A stretch of DNA of 64,000 bases from Acidimicrobiales bacterium (lineage in GTDB: Bacteria > Actinomycetota > Acidimicrobiia > Acidimicrobiales > JBBRAZ01): assembly GCA_038206295.1 (NCBI GenBank), contig JBBRAZ010000014.1, positions 6,771 through 70,770 of the forward strand. The letters are read 5' to 3'. The notes under the pieces were generated by a model that saw nothing but the letters and a program-made list of their open reading frames with translations, was not told the DNA's origin and did not search any database. Made by a program: the position numbers and the translations under genes. This document shows positions 50,520-60,541 of this stretch, in pieces. Numbering within the stretch: the stretch's first letter is position 1; every line of letters begins with the position of its first letter.

Positions 50520-51641
50520 ATGTCCGTCACCTCCGATCAGCTCGACGACCTCCGTCGCCGCCTGGACGAGGCCGAGGAGTACCTCCGCATCGAGGAGCTC
50601 CGCCGGCGTCGCCCGCAGCTCGAGACCGAGATGTCGCGCCCCGATCTCTGGGACGACGCCGACCGCGCACGCCAGGTGCAGACCGAGCTGTCGTCGGTGA
50701 CCGATGACCTCGAGGTCTTCGACCGGCTCAGCGACCGGCTCGGTGATGCCGAGGTGGCGCTCGAGCTGACGGCGGACGACGACGACCCGGGGCTCGCCGC
50801 AGAGGTCGAGGCGTCGATCGCGGCGATCGAGGCGAAGCTCTCCGAGCTCGAGCTTCGAGCCCTGTTCTCCGGTGAGCACGACGAGGCCGACGCGGTGTGC
50901 GAGCTGCACGCGGGCGAGGGTGGCACCGATGCGCAGGACTGGGCCGAGATGCTGCTGCGCATGTACCTGCGTTGGGCGGAGCGCCACGGGTTCGAGACCG
51001 AGCTCGACGAGGTGACCGCGGGGCAGGAGGCGGGCATCTCCTCGGCCACGTTCATCATCAAGGGCCGGCACGCCTTCGGGATGCTGCGCGGCGAGCGGGG
51101 CACGCATCGCTTGGTGCGCATGTCGCCGTTCAACGCCCAGGGCAAGCGCCAGACGGCGTTCGCAGCGCTCAGCGCCGTGCCGCTGCTCGAGGAGCTCGAC
51201 CTGGACCTCGAGATCGATCCGAAGGACCTCCGCGTCGACGTCTACCGCGCCTCGGGTGCAGGCGGTCAGCACATCAACAAGACCGACTCAGCGGTGCGCC
51301 TCACCCACATCCCGACCGGCACCGTGGTGTCGTGCCAGAACGAGCGCAGCCAGCACCAGAACAAGGACAGGGCGATGACGATCCTGCTCGCCAAGCTGGC
51401 CGACCTCGAGCGCCAGAAGCGCGACGACGAGCTCGAGCGCCTCGGCGGCACGAAGGACCGCGTCGGGTTCGGCACCCAGATCCGCAGCTACGTCTTGCAC
51501 CCCTACCAGCAGGTGAAGGACCTCCGCTCCGGCTACGAGGTGGGCGCGGTCGACAACGTCCTCGACGGAGACCTCGACCGCCTCATGGAGGCGTACCTCC
51601 GGTGGGAGCGTGGCGGTGGCGGCGCAGAGGAGTCGTCCTGA
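50520..51641 (+). CDS. prfB: Peptide chain release factor 2 (single ORF, no programmed frameshift)
   Basis: SPF tripeptide, GGQ, QIRSYVLHPYQ.VKD. Confidence 0.97.
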   Translation: MSVTSDQLDDLRRRLDEAEEYLRIEELRRRRPQLETEMSRPDLWDDADRARQVQTELSSVTDDLEVFDRLSDRLGDAEVALELTADDDDPGLAAEVEASIAAIEAKLSELELRALFSGEHDEADAVCELHAGEGGTDAQDWAEMLLRMYLRWAERHGFETELDEVTAGQEAGISSATFIIKGRHAFGMLRGERGTHRLVRMSPFNAQGKRQTAFAALSAVPLLEELDLDLEIDPKDLRVDVYRASGAGGQHINKTDSAVRLTHIPTGTVVSCQNERSQHQNKDRAMTILLAKLADLERQKRDDELERLGGTKDRVGFGTQIRSYVLHPYQQVKDLRSGYEVGAVDNVLDGDLDRLMEAYLRWERGGGGAEESS

Positions 51642-51759
51642 GCCCCGCCGAGCAGTCGGGGGGTGCCACGCCGCGGCACGGGACCGCTGGTAGCGTGACC
51701 CACCTGCCTGCGGCGCCCCAGCGCTCCGGCTGCTCCCGATCCCGACCAGTCCCAGGGCG

Positions 51760-52437
51760 ATGATCAAGCTCGAGCACGTCACCAAGGTCTACAAGGGCGA
51801 TGTCCACGCCCTCCACGAGACCAACGTCGAGATCAACCGCGGCGAGTTCGTCTTCCTCGTGGGCCCGTCGGGCTCTGGGAAGTCCACGTTCATCCGCCTG
51901 CTGAACAAGCAGGAGGTCCCGTCGGCCGGCAACGTGTTCGTCGCAGGTAAGGACATCGCGCACCTGTCCAACTGGAAGGTGCCGTACCTGCGGCGCAACA
52001 TCGGCTGCATCTTCCAGGACTTCAAGCTCCTGTCGGACAAGACCGTCTACGAGAACGTCGCCTTCGCGCTCGAGGTCATCGGCCGCCCGCGCCACGTCAT
52101 CACCACCCAGGTGCCGGCCATCCTGGATCTCGTCGGGTTGGCGGAGAAGGGCAAGCGTCGTCCCCACGAGCTCTCCGGTGGCGAGCAGCAGCGCGTGTCG
52201 ATCGCCCGCGCGTTCGTGAACCGGCCGCTGATCCTCCTGGCCGACGAGCCGACGGGCAACCTCGACCCGGCCACCTCCGTCGGCATCATGCGCCTCCTCG
52301 ACCGCATCAACCGAACCGGGACCACGGTCGTCATGGCCACCCACGACCAGAACATCGTCAACACCATGCGCCGACGCGTGATCGAGCTCTCCGAGGGCGA
52401 CATCATCCGCGACCAGGCGCGTGGGGTCTACGAGTAG
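51760..52437 (+). CDS. ftsE: Cell division ATP-binding protein FtsE
   Basis: [38 protein letters not shown]. Confidence 0.96.
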   Translation: MIKLEHVTKVYKGDVHALHETNVEINRGEFVFLVGPSGSGKSTFIRLLNKQEVPSAGNVFVAGKDIAHLSNWKVPYLRRNIGCIFQDFKLLSDKTVYENVAFALEVIGRPRHVITTQVPAILDLVGLAEKGKRRPHELSGGEQQRVSIARAFVNRPLILLADEPTGNLDPATSVGIMRLLDRINRTGTTVVMATHDQNIVNTMRRRVIELSEGDIIRDQARGVYE

Positions 52438-52446
52438 GGGCGCACG

Positions 52447-53346
52447 ATGGCGATCAAGGCCGACTACGTCCTGCGCGAGACCGGCGGCAACCTCCTGCGC
52501 AACTTCACCCTCACCCTCGCATCCGTGCTCACGGTGCTGGTGTCGCTCGCGCTGCTCGGCTCCGCGCTGACCATCGGGTACCGCGTCGACAACGCGACGG
52601 ACAGGTGGAAGGGCGGCATCGAGTTCATCGTGTACATGAACTCCGATGCCGAGCAGGAGCAGCTGGCATCGATCCAGGCGGACCTCGCAGAGAACCCGCT
52701 CGTCGAGCGGTTCTCCTACGTCGACCAGGACGCGACCTACGAGGAGTTCGTCGAGCTGTTCGACGACCAGCCGGCGATCCTCGAGAGCGTGACCCCCGAC
52801 ATCCTCCCGACGTCGTACCGGGTGGTGCCCATCACCGACGACCCAGATGCCATCAAGGCGCTGGGCGACACGTTCGAGGGCAAGCCCGGCGTGCGCGAGA
52901 TCGCCTTCGCGTTCGAGACCGTCAAGAAGCTGCAGGGCCTCACCGAGCGCATCAACCGCTTGATCCTCACGGCGTCGGTCGCGCTCCTCGTCTCAGCGCT
53001 TCTGCTGATCATCAACACCATCCGCATGGCGATGTTCGCTCGGCGCCGCGAGATCGAGGTCATGAAGCTGGTAGGTGCCACGAACTGGTTCATCCGCGTG
53101 CCGTTCATGCTCGAGGGGCTCGTCCAGGGGCTGCTCGGCGCGGGCGGCGCGATCGTGTCGGTGATCTTCCTGAACCAGTGGTTCGACACCGAGTTCGCCT
53201 CGACGGGCAGCGACATCCCGATCTTCGAGAACTTCACGATCGCTGGCGACGAGATGTCCTTCGTGTTCATGCTGCTCGTGGGGCTCGGCTCGCTGCTGGG
53301 CATCGGCGCGTCGGCCATCGCCGTCACCCGCTTCCTCGACGTCTGA
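52447..53346 (+). CDS. ftsX: Cell division permease FtsX
   Basis: INTIR....ARRREIEVMKLVGATNWFIR.PF; follows ftsE. Confidence 0.95.
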   Translation: MAIKADYVLRETGGNLLRNFTLTLASVLTVLVSLALLGSALTIGYRVDNATDRWKGGIEFIVYMNSDAEQEQLASIQADLAENPLVERFSYVDQDATYEEFVELFDDQPAILESVTPDILPTSYRVVPITDDPDAIKALGDTFEGKPGVREIAFAFETVKKLQGLTERINRLILTASVALLVSALLLIINTIRMAMFARRREIEVMKLVGATNWFIRVPFMLEGLVQGLLGAGGAIVSVIFLNQWFDTEFASTGSDIPIFENFTIAGDEMSFVFMLLVGLGSLLGIGASAIAVTRFLDV

Positions 53347-53371
53347 CAGTGAGCCTCCGCCTCCGCCCCCA

Positions 53372-53483
53372 TGCGTAGGTGAGTGCGCCAAACGGTCACT
53401 CAGGTACGCACATGCGGCTGGTTCCGCAGGGTGTGCGTACGTGAGTGCGTAAAGCGGTCACTCAGGTACGCACATGCGGCTGG
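53372..53483. repeat. Tandem doublet of ~62-bp palindromic units
   Basis: Identical 29-mer CGGTCACTCAGGTACGCACATGCGGCTGG at 53393 and 53455; each unit self-complementary (TGCGTAsGTGAGTG...CACTCAGGTACGCA). Confidence 0.85.
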
Positions 53484-53512
53484 GTGCTGCGCAGTTCCGT
53501 AGTGTCGGCGCC

Positions 53513-54376
53513 ATGGACTACGAGCAGATCGCCTACGAGGTGGCCGACGGCATCCTCGCCATCACCCTCGACCGCCCCGACCACCTGAACGCCTTCACCG
53601 TGCCCATGTGGCGCGAGCTCCTCGACGCCTTCGACCGAGCCGATGCCGACGACGACGTCCGCGCCGTGGTCGTCACCGGTCGCGGGCGCGGCTTCTGCGC
53701 CGGCGCGGACCTCTCCATGGGTTCCGGCACCTTCGACGGCAGCACCGAGGGCAGCTTCGGTGGCGATGTGCGTGAGCACCGCGACGAGGGTGGGGTGCTC
53801 GCGCTGCGCATCTACCGCTGCACCAAGCCGGTGATCGCGGCGATCAACGGACCCGCCGTCGGGATCGGGATCACCATGACGCTGCCGATGGACCTCCGCC
53901 TCATGTCCACGAGCGCCAAGGTCGGGTTCGTGTTCGCCCGGCGCGGCATCGTGCCGGAGGCGGCGTCGTCCTGGTTCCTCCCACGCGTGGTGGGGATGAG
54001 CCAGGCGCTCGAGTGGTGCATGACGGGCCGGGTGTTCAGCGCCGAGGAGGCGCTCGCCGGCGGCCTCGTGCGCAGCGTGCACGAACCCGACGACCTGCTG
54101 CCTGCGGCGCGCTCGCTCGCCGAGGAGATCCGTGACACGACCTCGGCGGTGTCGGTCGCGCTCACGCGGCAGATGCTGTGGCGGATGGCCGGCGCTGCGC
54201 ACCCGATGGAGGCCCACATCGTCGACTCGCGCGGCATCAACGCCATGGGTGCCTCGCCTGATGCCCGCGAGGGCGTCCTCGCCTTCCTCCAGAAGCGGGA
54301 GGCGGACTTCCAGATGCGACCGAGCTCGGACATGCCCGACTTCTACCCCTGGTGGGAGGAGCCCGAGTTCTCCTGA
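53513..54376 (+). CDS. Enoyl-CoA hydratase/crotonase family protein
   Basis: LDRP..LNA, GRGFCAGADL, KPVIAAING.AVG, RGIVPE. Confidence 0.93.
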   Translation: MDYEQIAYEVADGILAITLDRPDHLNAFTVPMWRELLDAFDRADADDDVRAVVVTGRGRGFCAGADLSMGSGTFDGSTEGSFGGDVREHRDEGGVLALRIYRCTKPVIAAINGPAVGIGITMTLPMDLRLMSTSAKVGFVFARRGIVPEAASSWFLPRVVGMSQALEWCMTGRVFSAEEALAGGLVRSVHEPDDLLPAARSLAEEIRDTTSAVSVALTRQMLWRMAGAAHPMEAHIVDSRGINAMGASPDAREGVLAFLQKREADFQMRPSSDMPDFYPWWEEPEFS

Positions 54377-54408
54377 TCTCGGGTGGAGGATCTGCGACAC
54401 TGGCGGCG

Positions 54409-55422
54409 ATGGCAGGGCACCAGGATCGCGTGCAACGAGCGCTCGACGCCGCCGGCGAGCTCGCAGTCGAGCGCGACCTGTTCGTCAGCCCCGGGGCAGC
54501 GGAGATCGTCGACGCGGTCGACTCGTTCTGCCGCGTGCACCTCGGCAGCGCGCTGGCGGGCTACGAGTTCTTCTGGTCGGGCGTCGGCAGCGTGCACGGG
54601 GTGCGCCTTGCAGATGACCGCGCGGTGGTGATCAAGGTGCACGCGCCGTGGCTGCACGCCGACGTCCTCAACGGGATCCACACCGTGCGCCGGTACCTGT
54701 TCCAGCGCGGGTTCCCCACCCCGGAGCCGCTCCTCGGGCCGACCCCGCTGGGGCTCGGCACCGCCACCGTCGAGGAGCTGGTGCCGCGAGGTCCCCTCGT
54801 CGACGGGCACGACCCGGGCGTGCGCCGCCTGCTGGCGGTCGCGCTCGCCCGGCTCATCGATGAGACCCGGCCGTTCGGTCGAGATGCCCAGCTCCCGGCG
54901 GTGGTTCCCTTCCGTCGGCTCTATCCGGTGCCGCATCGCCGTCAGGTCGATCTCGACGGGACCGCCGCTGGTGCCGCGTGGATCGACGAGCTCGCGGTCG
55001 AGGCCCGCATGCGCCACCGCGACGAGGGTCGTCACGTGGTGGGCCACGCAGACTGGCGTACCGAGAACCTTGCGGTGCACCCGGGAGCAGTCACCGCGGT
55101 GTTCGACTGGGACAGCCTCCGCTATGAGCTCGAGCCGGTCCTGGTCGGCCACGCTGCCGCCGCGCACACTGCCGACACCCGCCTCGTCGATCACCTCGTC
55201 GCGCCCACGCCCGACGAGGTCCGGTCCTTCGTCGACGCGTACGAGGACGCGACCGGACACCGGTTCCGCGGCGCAGCGCGCAGCACGCTGTTCGCGGCGG
55301 CGACGTACTACGCGTGCTACACGGCGCGCTGCGAGCACGCGGCAGATCCCGACGGCGAGCCGCCCCTCGGCAGCTACCGGCGGCTGATCGCCGAGCACGC
55401 CGGCGAGCTGATCAACAGCTGA
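54409..55422 (+). CDS. APH-like phosphotransferase
   Basis: VVIKVH, GHADWRTENL, VFDWD. Confidence 0.8.
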   Translation: MAGHQDRVQRALDAAGELAVERDLFVSPGAAEIVDAVDSFCRVHLGSALAGYEFFWSGVGSVHGVRLADDRAVVIKVHAPWLHADVLNGIHTVRRYLFQRGFPTPEPLLGPTPLGLGTATVEELVPRGPLVDGHDPGVRRLLAVALARLIDETRPFGRDAQLPAVVPFRRLYPVPHRRQVDLDGTAAGAAWIDELAVEARMRHRDEGRHVVGHADWRTENLAVHPGAVTAVFDWDSLRYELEPVLVGHAAAAHTADTRLVDHLVAPTPDEVRSFVDAYEDATGHRFRGAARSTLFAAATYYACYTARCEHAADPDGEPPLGSYRRLIAEHAGELINS

Positions 55423-55428
55423 CGCCGA

Positions 55429-56007
55429 TCACCCCGCCCACGTCGGCGCCGCTCCGGGACGCCACTTGATCGAGCATCCCAGCGACGGCCGCTGCGGCTC
55501 CGGCGCTGCCCGCCCGGCGAGCACCGCATCGATCGCCGCTCCGAGGTCCTCGCCGGTCACGGGGACCTCGGAACCGGGCCGACTTCCATCGAGGCGACCC
55601 CGGTAGGCGAGCTTCCGCTGCGCATCGAAGAGGAAGAGGTCCGGGGTGCACGCGGCGCGGAAGGCAGCAGCCGCGGACTGGTCGGTGTCGACGAGGTACG
55701 GGAACGTCCAGCCGTGCGCCTCAGCGAAGGGGCCCATGTGCTCGGGCGCGTCCTCCGGGTAGGCATCGACGTCGTTGCTCATCACCGCGACCACCGCGAT
55801 GCCGACGCCCTGCCACCGGCTGGCGAGCGCGCCCAGCGGGGTGGCGATGTGCTGGACGTAGGGGCAGTGGTTGCACAGGAACGCAACGAGCAGCCCGTGA
55901 TCGACCGGAAGGTCGCGCAGTGCGACCGGCTCGCCGTCGGTCGTGTGCAGCACCACATCAGGTGCAGCGGTCCCCAGCGGCAGCATCGTGGATTCGACGG
56001 CCATCAT
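55429..56007 (-). CDS. Thioredoxin-like / peroxiredoxin-like protein (PRX-like1)
   Basis: FLCNHCPYV, A.CTPDLF, YRGRLD.SRP, GCSIKW. Confidence 0.9.
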   Translation of the reverse strand: MMAVESTMLPLGTAAPDVVLHTTDGEPVALRDLPVDHGLLVAFLCNHCPYVQHIATPLGALASRWQGVGIAVVAVMSNDVDAYPEDAPEHMGPFAEAHGWTFPYLVDTDQSAAAAFRAACTPDLFLFDAQRKLAYRGRLDGSRPGSEVPVTGEDLGAAIDAVLAGRAAPEPQRPSLGCSIKWRPGAAPTWAG

Positions 56008-56064
56008 CACCTCCCAGGCGTTGCCTCCAGTGTGCCTGACCGCGGCGCCCGTACGATGCGGTGC

Positions 56065-56433
56065 ATGCCCGACGATCGTGGTGCAGCCGGCGACGGGTGG
56101 CACGACATCGGTGCCGCTGCTGATCTGCCGTCGCGGGGCGTCGCAGCCGCGGAGGTGGCGGGGATCGAGCTGGTCGTGTGGCGCGCGGCGCACGGCACGC
56201 TGTGCGCCGCAGCGAGGCGCTGCCCGCACCTCGATGCCGACCTGGTGGTCGAGGGGGTGGTGGACGGAGGCGATCTGGTGTGTGGCATGCACTTCTGGCG
56301 CATCGACCGCGTCGGGCGCGTGGCCAAGCTGAACGTGCGGGGACGCCGCGATCACAAGGTGGATGTGCTCGCACCGGCGTGCCGAGAGGTCGACGGCCGG
56401 ATGCAGGTGCAGGTGCCGCCCGCCTCCCGCTGA
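56065..56433 (+). CDS. Rieske [2Fe-2S] ferredoxin-type protein
   Basis: CPH...CGMH Rieske motif; TACGAT 7 nt before ATG. Confidence 0.82.
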   Translation: MPDDRGAAGDGWHDIGAAADLPSRGVAAAEVAGIELVVWRAAHGTLCAAARRCPHLDADLVVEGVVDGGDLVCGMHFWRIDRVGRVAKLNVRGRRDHKVDVLAPACREVDGRMQVQVPPASR

Positions 56434-56510
56434 TCGAGGCATCGGGCGGGGTCCACCAGCAGCGCCGGCAGGCGTGGCAGGTTCACGACGTGGACCGCAG
56501 CGAGGAGCCG

Positions 56511-57704
56511 ATGATCGGCGAGGGCCACGACGTGGCGCCGCCCGGCGAGATGGTGCGCTTCGCATCACCGGACGACGCCATGCCGCGCTGGGTCCCGAAG
56601 GTCATCCTCATGGTCCTCGTCGGCCTCGTCATCGTCGACGTCGGCGAGAGCATCGTCGCCAGCCTGTCGGGCCTGCTCATGATGCTGCTCGTCTCGCTGT
56701 TCGCCTCGTTCGCGCTCGAGCCGGCTGTGAACCGGCTCTCAGCGCGCGGCATGCGGCGCGGGGCTGCGACCGGGCTCGTGCTGATCGGCGCCGTGCTCGG
56801 CCTCGTGCTGTTCGCCGTGGCGGTGGGGTCCGTGGTGGTGTCGGAGGTGGCGGCGTTCGTCGACGACGCTCCTGAGTACGTCGAGGACTTCGAGCGGTGG
56901 GCGAACGACCGCTTCGATGCCGAGATCGACACCGACCAGATCGTGGAGGACCTCACCGAGGCCGAGGGCCCGCTGCGGGACCTGGCGACCGACGTGGCGT
57001 CGAATGCTCTGGACTTCACCTTCCAGGTCGTCGGCTACCTGTTCCAGGGCTTCACGATCCTGCTGTTCACCTTCTACCTCGTCGCCGACGGGCCGAAGCT
57101 CCGGCGCTCGATCTGCTCGCTGCTGCGCCCGGAGCGTCAGCTCGAGGTGCTGCGGACCTGGGAGGTGGCGATCGAGAAGACCGGCAGCTACATCTACTCC
57201 CGGGCGCTGCTCGCTTTGCTCTCGGCGATCTCCACGTGGCTCGCGCTCACCTTGATCGGCGTCCCGTACGCGCTGGCGCTCGCGCTGTGGCTCGGCGTCA
57301 CCTCGCAGTTCATCCCCACGGTGGGCACGTACCTCGGCGCCGCGCTCCCTCTTGCCATCGCCCTGTTCGATCGGCCGGCCAGCGCCCTGTGGGTGCTCCT
57401 GTTCGCCGTCGTCTACCAGCAGATCGAGAACTACCTCCTGGCGCCGCGGGTCACCGCGGCGACGATGGAGATCCACCCGGCGGTGGCGTTCGGTGCGGTG
57501 ATCGTCGGCGCGAGCGTGCTCGGTCCCCCAGGAGCGCTGCTGGCGCTTCCGGCGGCGGCGGTGCTCCAGGCGGTCGGCTCCACGTACGTGGCTCGCCACG
57601 AGGTCGTCGACACCGCAATGACGCGGATGCCGCCCCCGACGCAGCGCGGCGGGCGTCGGAGCCGGACCGCGAGCGCGGTCGACGAGGAGGAGCGGCTGCA
57701 GTAG
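56511..57704 (+). CDS. AI-2E family transporter
   Basis: LEPAVNRL, FYLVADGP, SQFIPTVG, YQQIENY...PR, IHPA. Confidence 0.9.
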   Translation: MIGEGHDVAPPGEMVRFASPDDAMPRWVPKVILMVLVGLVIVDVGESIVASLSGLLMMLLVSLFASFALEPAVNRLSARGMRRGAATGLVLIGAVLGLVLFAVAVGSVVVSEVAAFVDDAPEYVEDFERWANDRFDAEIDTDQIVEDLTEAEGPLRDLATDVASNALDFTFQVVGYLFQGFTILLFTFYLVADGPKLRRSICSLLRPERQLEVLRTWEVAIEKTGSYIYSRALLALLSAISTWLALTLIGVPYALALALWLGVTSQFIPTVGTYLGAALPLAIALFDRPASALWVLLFAVVYQQIENYLLAPRVTAATMEIHPAVAFGAVIVGASVLGPPGALLALPAAAVLQAVGSTYVARHEVVDTAMTRMPPPTQRGGRRSRTASAVDEEERLQ

Positions 57705-57710
57705 CGCTCG

Positions 57711-59207
57711 TCAGTCGGAGGCGACCGTCGTCTTGAGCGCTGCGGGAGGTGGCGGGAGTGCGCCGCTGCCGATCCAGTGCAGGTAGCGGTCCGGCCGGAC
57801 CAGCGCCGCGGTGGCGTCGTTCGCCTCGAGCCACGCTCGGATCTCCTCGCCCATCGCTCCGGCGGTCGGCACCACCACCGCGCCCATCGCCGTCCACGCC
57901 TCGACGTCTGCAGGGTCGCTCGTCGCGAGCGACCCGAGCAGCGCCCACCGATAGCCGACCTGGTCGTCCAGCCGGTCGGTGACCGTGCCGTCGGCGGCGA
58001 CGGTGTGCGGCTGGGGCGCCAGCGCACCCACCTGCGGGCCGTCGCCGACGTGCAGTCCGGGCCCGAGGGCGGGCCGACGCGGTGGCGGGGGCATCGCTCC
58101 GCCGGCGAACGCCTCGTCTCGTGCGGCGGCGGCAGCGCGGTCGGTGGTCTGGATGATCGCTCCCATGCTGACCGCGGTCTCGATGATGGCTCGGACGTGG
58201 GGGGAGCGCTCGGACTGGTAGGTGTCGAGCAGCGCGACGTCGGCCCGGTCGTTGGCGACGAGCGCCAGCTTCCACGCCAGGTTGGCGGCGTCTCGGATGC
58301 CCGAGCACGCGCCCTGGCCGAGGAAGGGCGGCATCTGGTGGGCGGCGTCGCCGGCGATCAGCAGCCGGTCGCGGCGCCAGCGCTGCGCCACCAGCGCGTG
58401 GAACGTGTACGTGGTGGCCCGCTCGACCTCGAGGTCCTCGGGCCCGCCCCACGGGGCGAGCAGCTCCATGGCGCGCGCCGGCATCTCGTCAGGATCTTCG
58501 CCATCGAGGAGCATGAACTCCCAGCGTCGACGGCGCCCCGGCATGGGGATGAACGTGGCGGGGCGCGCCGGGTCGCAGTGCTGGATGCACACCTCGGGAA
58601 GGTCGAGGGGCCGCCGCAGGAGGGCGTCGATCACGAGCCACGGCTGGTGCAGCCCGAGGTCGTCGTGGCCGCTGCCGATCGCCTGGCGCACCATCGAGCG
58701 CCCACCGTCGCAGCCGACGACCCAGTCGGCCTCGATCGAGCGGTCGCCGTCGGGGTCGCGCACCGAGAGCCGCACGTGGTCGTCGCGCGCATCGACGGCG
58801 AGCACCTCGGTCGAGAGCTGCACCTGCACGCTCCGATGGCGCTGCGCGGCGCGGCGAAGCGACGCCTCGAGCTCGGGCTGGTGGAACATGTAGCCCGCCG
58901 GCCAGCCCTGCTCGCCGACGCCGGGCGGCGCGTCGAACGCGAGCAGCGGCACCCCGTCAGCGCGCAGGAGGTGCATGCCGCGCAGCTCGGTCACCGCGGC
59001 GGTGACGTCGTTGTGCGCCCCGAGCGTCTGGATGACGCGCATGATCTCATCGTCGAGGTGCGCGGCGCGCGGGAGGTGGTGCACGCCGGGCTCTCGCTCG
59101 AGGACGACCACGTCCACGCCGAGGGATCCGAGCAGCCCCGCCAGCGCTTCACCGGTCGGGCCGTAGCCGACGATGGCGACGTCGTGGCGGGCGGTGGTGT
59201 CGGTCAC
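57711..59207 (-). CDS. FAD-dependent aromatic hydroxylase (MhpA/HcdA-like)
   Basis: IVGYGPTG, PRA, GCDGGRS.VR, AGDAAH.MPPFLGQG...GIRDAANLAWKL, RPD. Confidence 0.92.
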   Translation of the reverse strand: MTDTTARHDVAIVGYGPTGEALAGLLGSLGVDVVVLEREPGVHHLPRAAHLDDEIMRVIQTLGAHNDVTAAVTELRGMHLLRADGVPLLAFDAPPGVGEQGWPAGYMFHQPELEASLRRAAQRHRSVQVQLSTEVLAVDARDDHVRLSVRDPDGDRSIEADWVVGCDGGRSMVRQAIGSGHDDLGLHQPWLVIDALLRRPLDLPEVCIQHCDPARPATFIPMPGRRRRWEFMLLDGEDPDEMPARAMELLAPWGGPEDLEVERATTYTFHALVAQRWRRDRLLIAGDAAHQMPPFLGQGACSGIRDAANLAWKLALVANDRADVALLDTYQSERSPHVRAIIETAVSMGAIIQTTDRAAAAARDEAFAGGAMPPPPRRPALGPGLHVGDGPQVGALAPQPHTVAADGTVTDRLDDQVGYRWALLGSLATSDPADVEAWTAMGAVVVPTAGAMGEEIRAWLEANDATAALVRPDRYLHWIGSGALPPPPAALKTTVASD

Positions 59208-60112
59208 GGCTGCGGAGCCAGGAACTCGGCGGGCACCGGCGGCGCCCACGACCGCAGGACCTGCATGCCCTCCCACTCGAGCGGGCGGTAGTCGTCGCCG
59301 TCGATCTCGTCGAGGTCGCTGGTGTACTCCGCGAACGTGCCCGCCGGGTCGCGCAGGTACCAGAACCAGTTCGACCCGATGGCGTGGCGACCGAGGCCCC
59401 ACACGTGCGCGTCGGGCCAGCGCTCGAGGATCGCGGCACCGCCCCTGCCGACCTCGTCGAGGTCCTCGACCTCCCACGCGGTGTGGTGCAGCAGCGGTGC
59501 CGGCGACGCCTGGATCATCACGTTGTGGTGGCTGGTGCTGCACCGCAGGAACGCTCCGATGCCACCGATGGCGTCGGACACCTGGAAGCCGATGCCGTCA
59601 ACGAGCAGCGCGATCGTCGCCTCGTGGTCTGGCGATCCGAGCACGACGTGCGACAGGCGGCGGGGCTGCACCGGCTCGGTTCGGCTCACCGCGTCGCTCG
59701 GCCGGCCGCGGCGGTCGCGGTGGCCGGGGCCGTTGGCGTTGTACGGCGCGCCTGGCGGATCGACGATCCGCGCCGCGATGGTGGCCTCGATGCGAACTCC
59801 GGTGCTGGGGTCGTGCACCGCCACCGATTCGCTCGTGCGCTCAATCGCCAGAGCGGCGTCGTGCGCCGCCACCGACGCTGCCATCCGGTCGAGGTCGTCG
59901 GGGTCGTCGACCCCGACGCCGATCGAGCGCAGGCCCCGCCGCTCACCAGCGACCAGGCGCAGCTGCTCGCCGCCATCAGCGGTGGCCAGCGATGCGACGC
60001 CGCTCGCAGCATCGGCGTCGAGCGCGGTGAGGCCGAAGTCGGTGTAGAAGCGCGCGGCAGCTGCGACGTCGGGGACCTGGACCTCGAGGGCCGTGAGTCG
60101 GTGCAGGGCCAC
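59204..60112 (-). CDS. VOC-family (putative extradiol ring-cleavage) dioxygenase
   Basis: SHVV, FLRC...HH, HH.AWE, GLGRH..GSNWFWY.RDP.G...EY. Confidence 0.85.
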   Translation of the reverse strand: MALHRLTALEVQVPDVAAAARFYTDFGLTALDADAASGVASLATADGGEQLRLVAGERRGLRSIGVGVDDPDDLDRMAASVAAHDAALAIERTSESVAVHDPSTGVRIEATIAARIVDPPGAPYNANGPGHRDRRGRPSDAVSRTEPVQPRRLSHVVLGSPDHEATIALLVDGIGFQVSDAIGGIGAFLRCSTSHHNVMIQASPAPLLHHTAWEVEDLDEVGRGGAAILERWPDAHVWGLGRHAIGSNWFWYLRDPAGTFAEYTSDLDEIDGDDYRPLEWEGMQVLRSWAPPVPAEFLAPQP

Positions 60113-60113
60113 G

Positions 60114-60530
60114 TCAAACCTCCGGGAGGTAGCTGGCGCCGTAGGCGCGCTCGATCGTGAGCTCGAGGATCACGCGGTCGATCGCCGCGAGCTCTGCATC
60201 GGACATCGGCTCGGCAGCGATGCCGAAGATGCGGGTGAAGAGCGCTGCGGTCGCATCACCGATGCCGCTGGTGATGATGCGTGCGGTCCCCTCGACGGTG
60301 AGCGAGGGGAAGGGCCGCTCCTGGCCGAGCGCGCAGTGCGACGCCCACCCGGTGCGCTGCACGTCGTGGGCCTTGACGCGCGCCGACTGGGTGGAGATCA
60401 GGAGTCGGTCGCCGTCGAGCAGGTGGTAGACGACCGACTGGCGAATCGAGCCGTCGGATCGCTGCGTGCCCAGCACGCCGACGGGGGCAGCGGCGAGGAA
60501 CGCTCGCTCGGTGGGGGAGAGGGGATCCAC
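60114..60530 (-). CDS. PPOX-class (putative F420-dependent) oxidoreductase
   Basis: GVLGT.RSDGS....V, IST...RVK, TVEG.A; small split-barrel size. Confidence 0.72.
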   Translation of the reverse strand: MDPLSPTERAFLAAAPVGVLGTQRSDGSIRQSVVYHLLDGDRLLISTQSARVKAHDVQRTGWASHCALGQERPFPSLTVEGTARIITSGIGDATAALFTRIFGIAAEPMSDAELAAIDRVILELTIERAYGASYLPEV

Positions 60531-60541
60531 AGCCGGGGCGC

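Noticed and set aside
50520-50620. Programmed +1 frameshift in prfB
   Set aside because: The ORF is continuous with no CTT-TGA site (TAC CTC CGC instead), which is normal for actinobacteria.
53372-53483. Possible mini CRISPR array (29-bp repeat, 33-bp gap)
   Set aside because: Only two copies, the 'spacer' is itself part of the duplicated palindromic unit, and there are no cas genes in the window.
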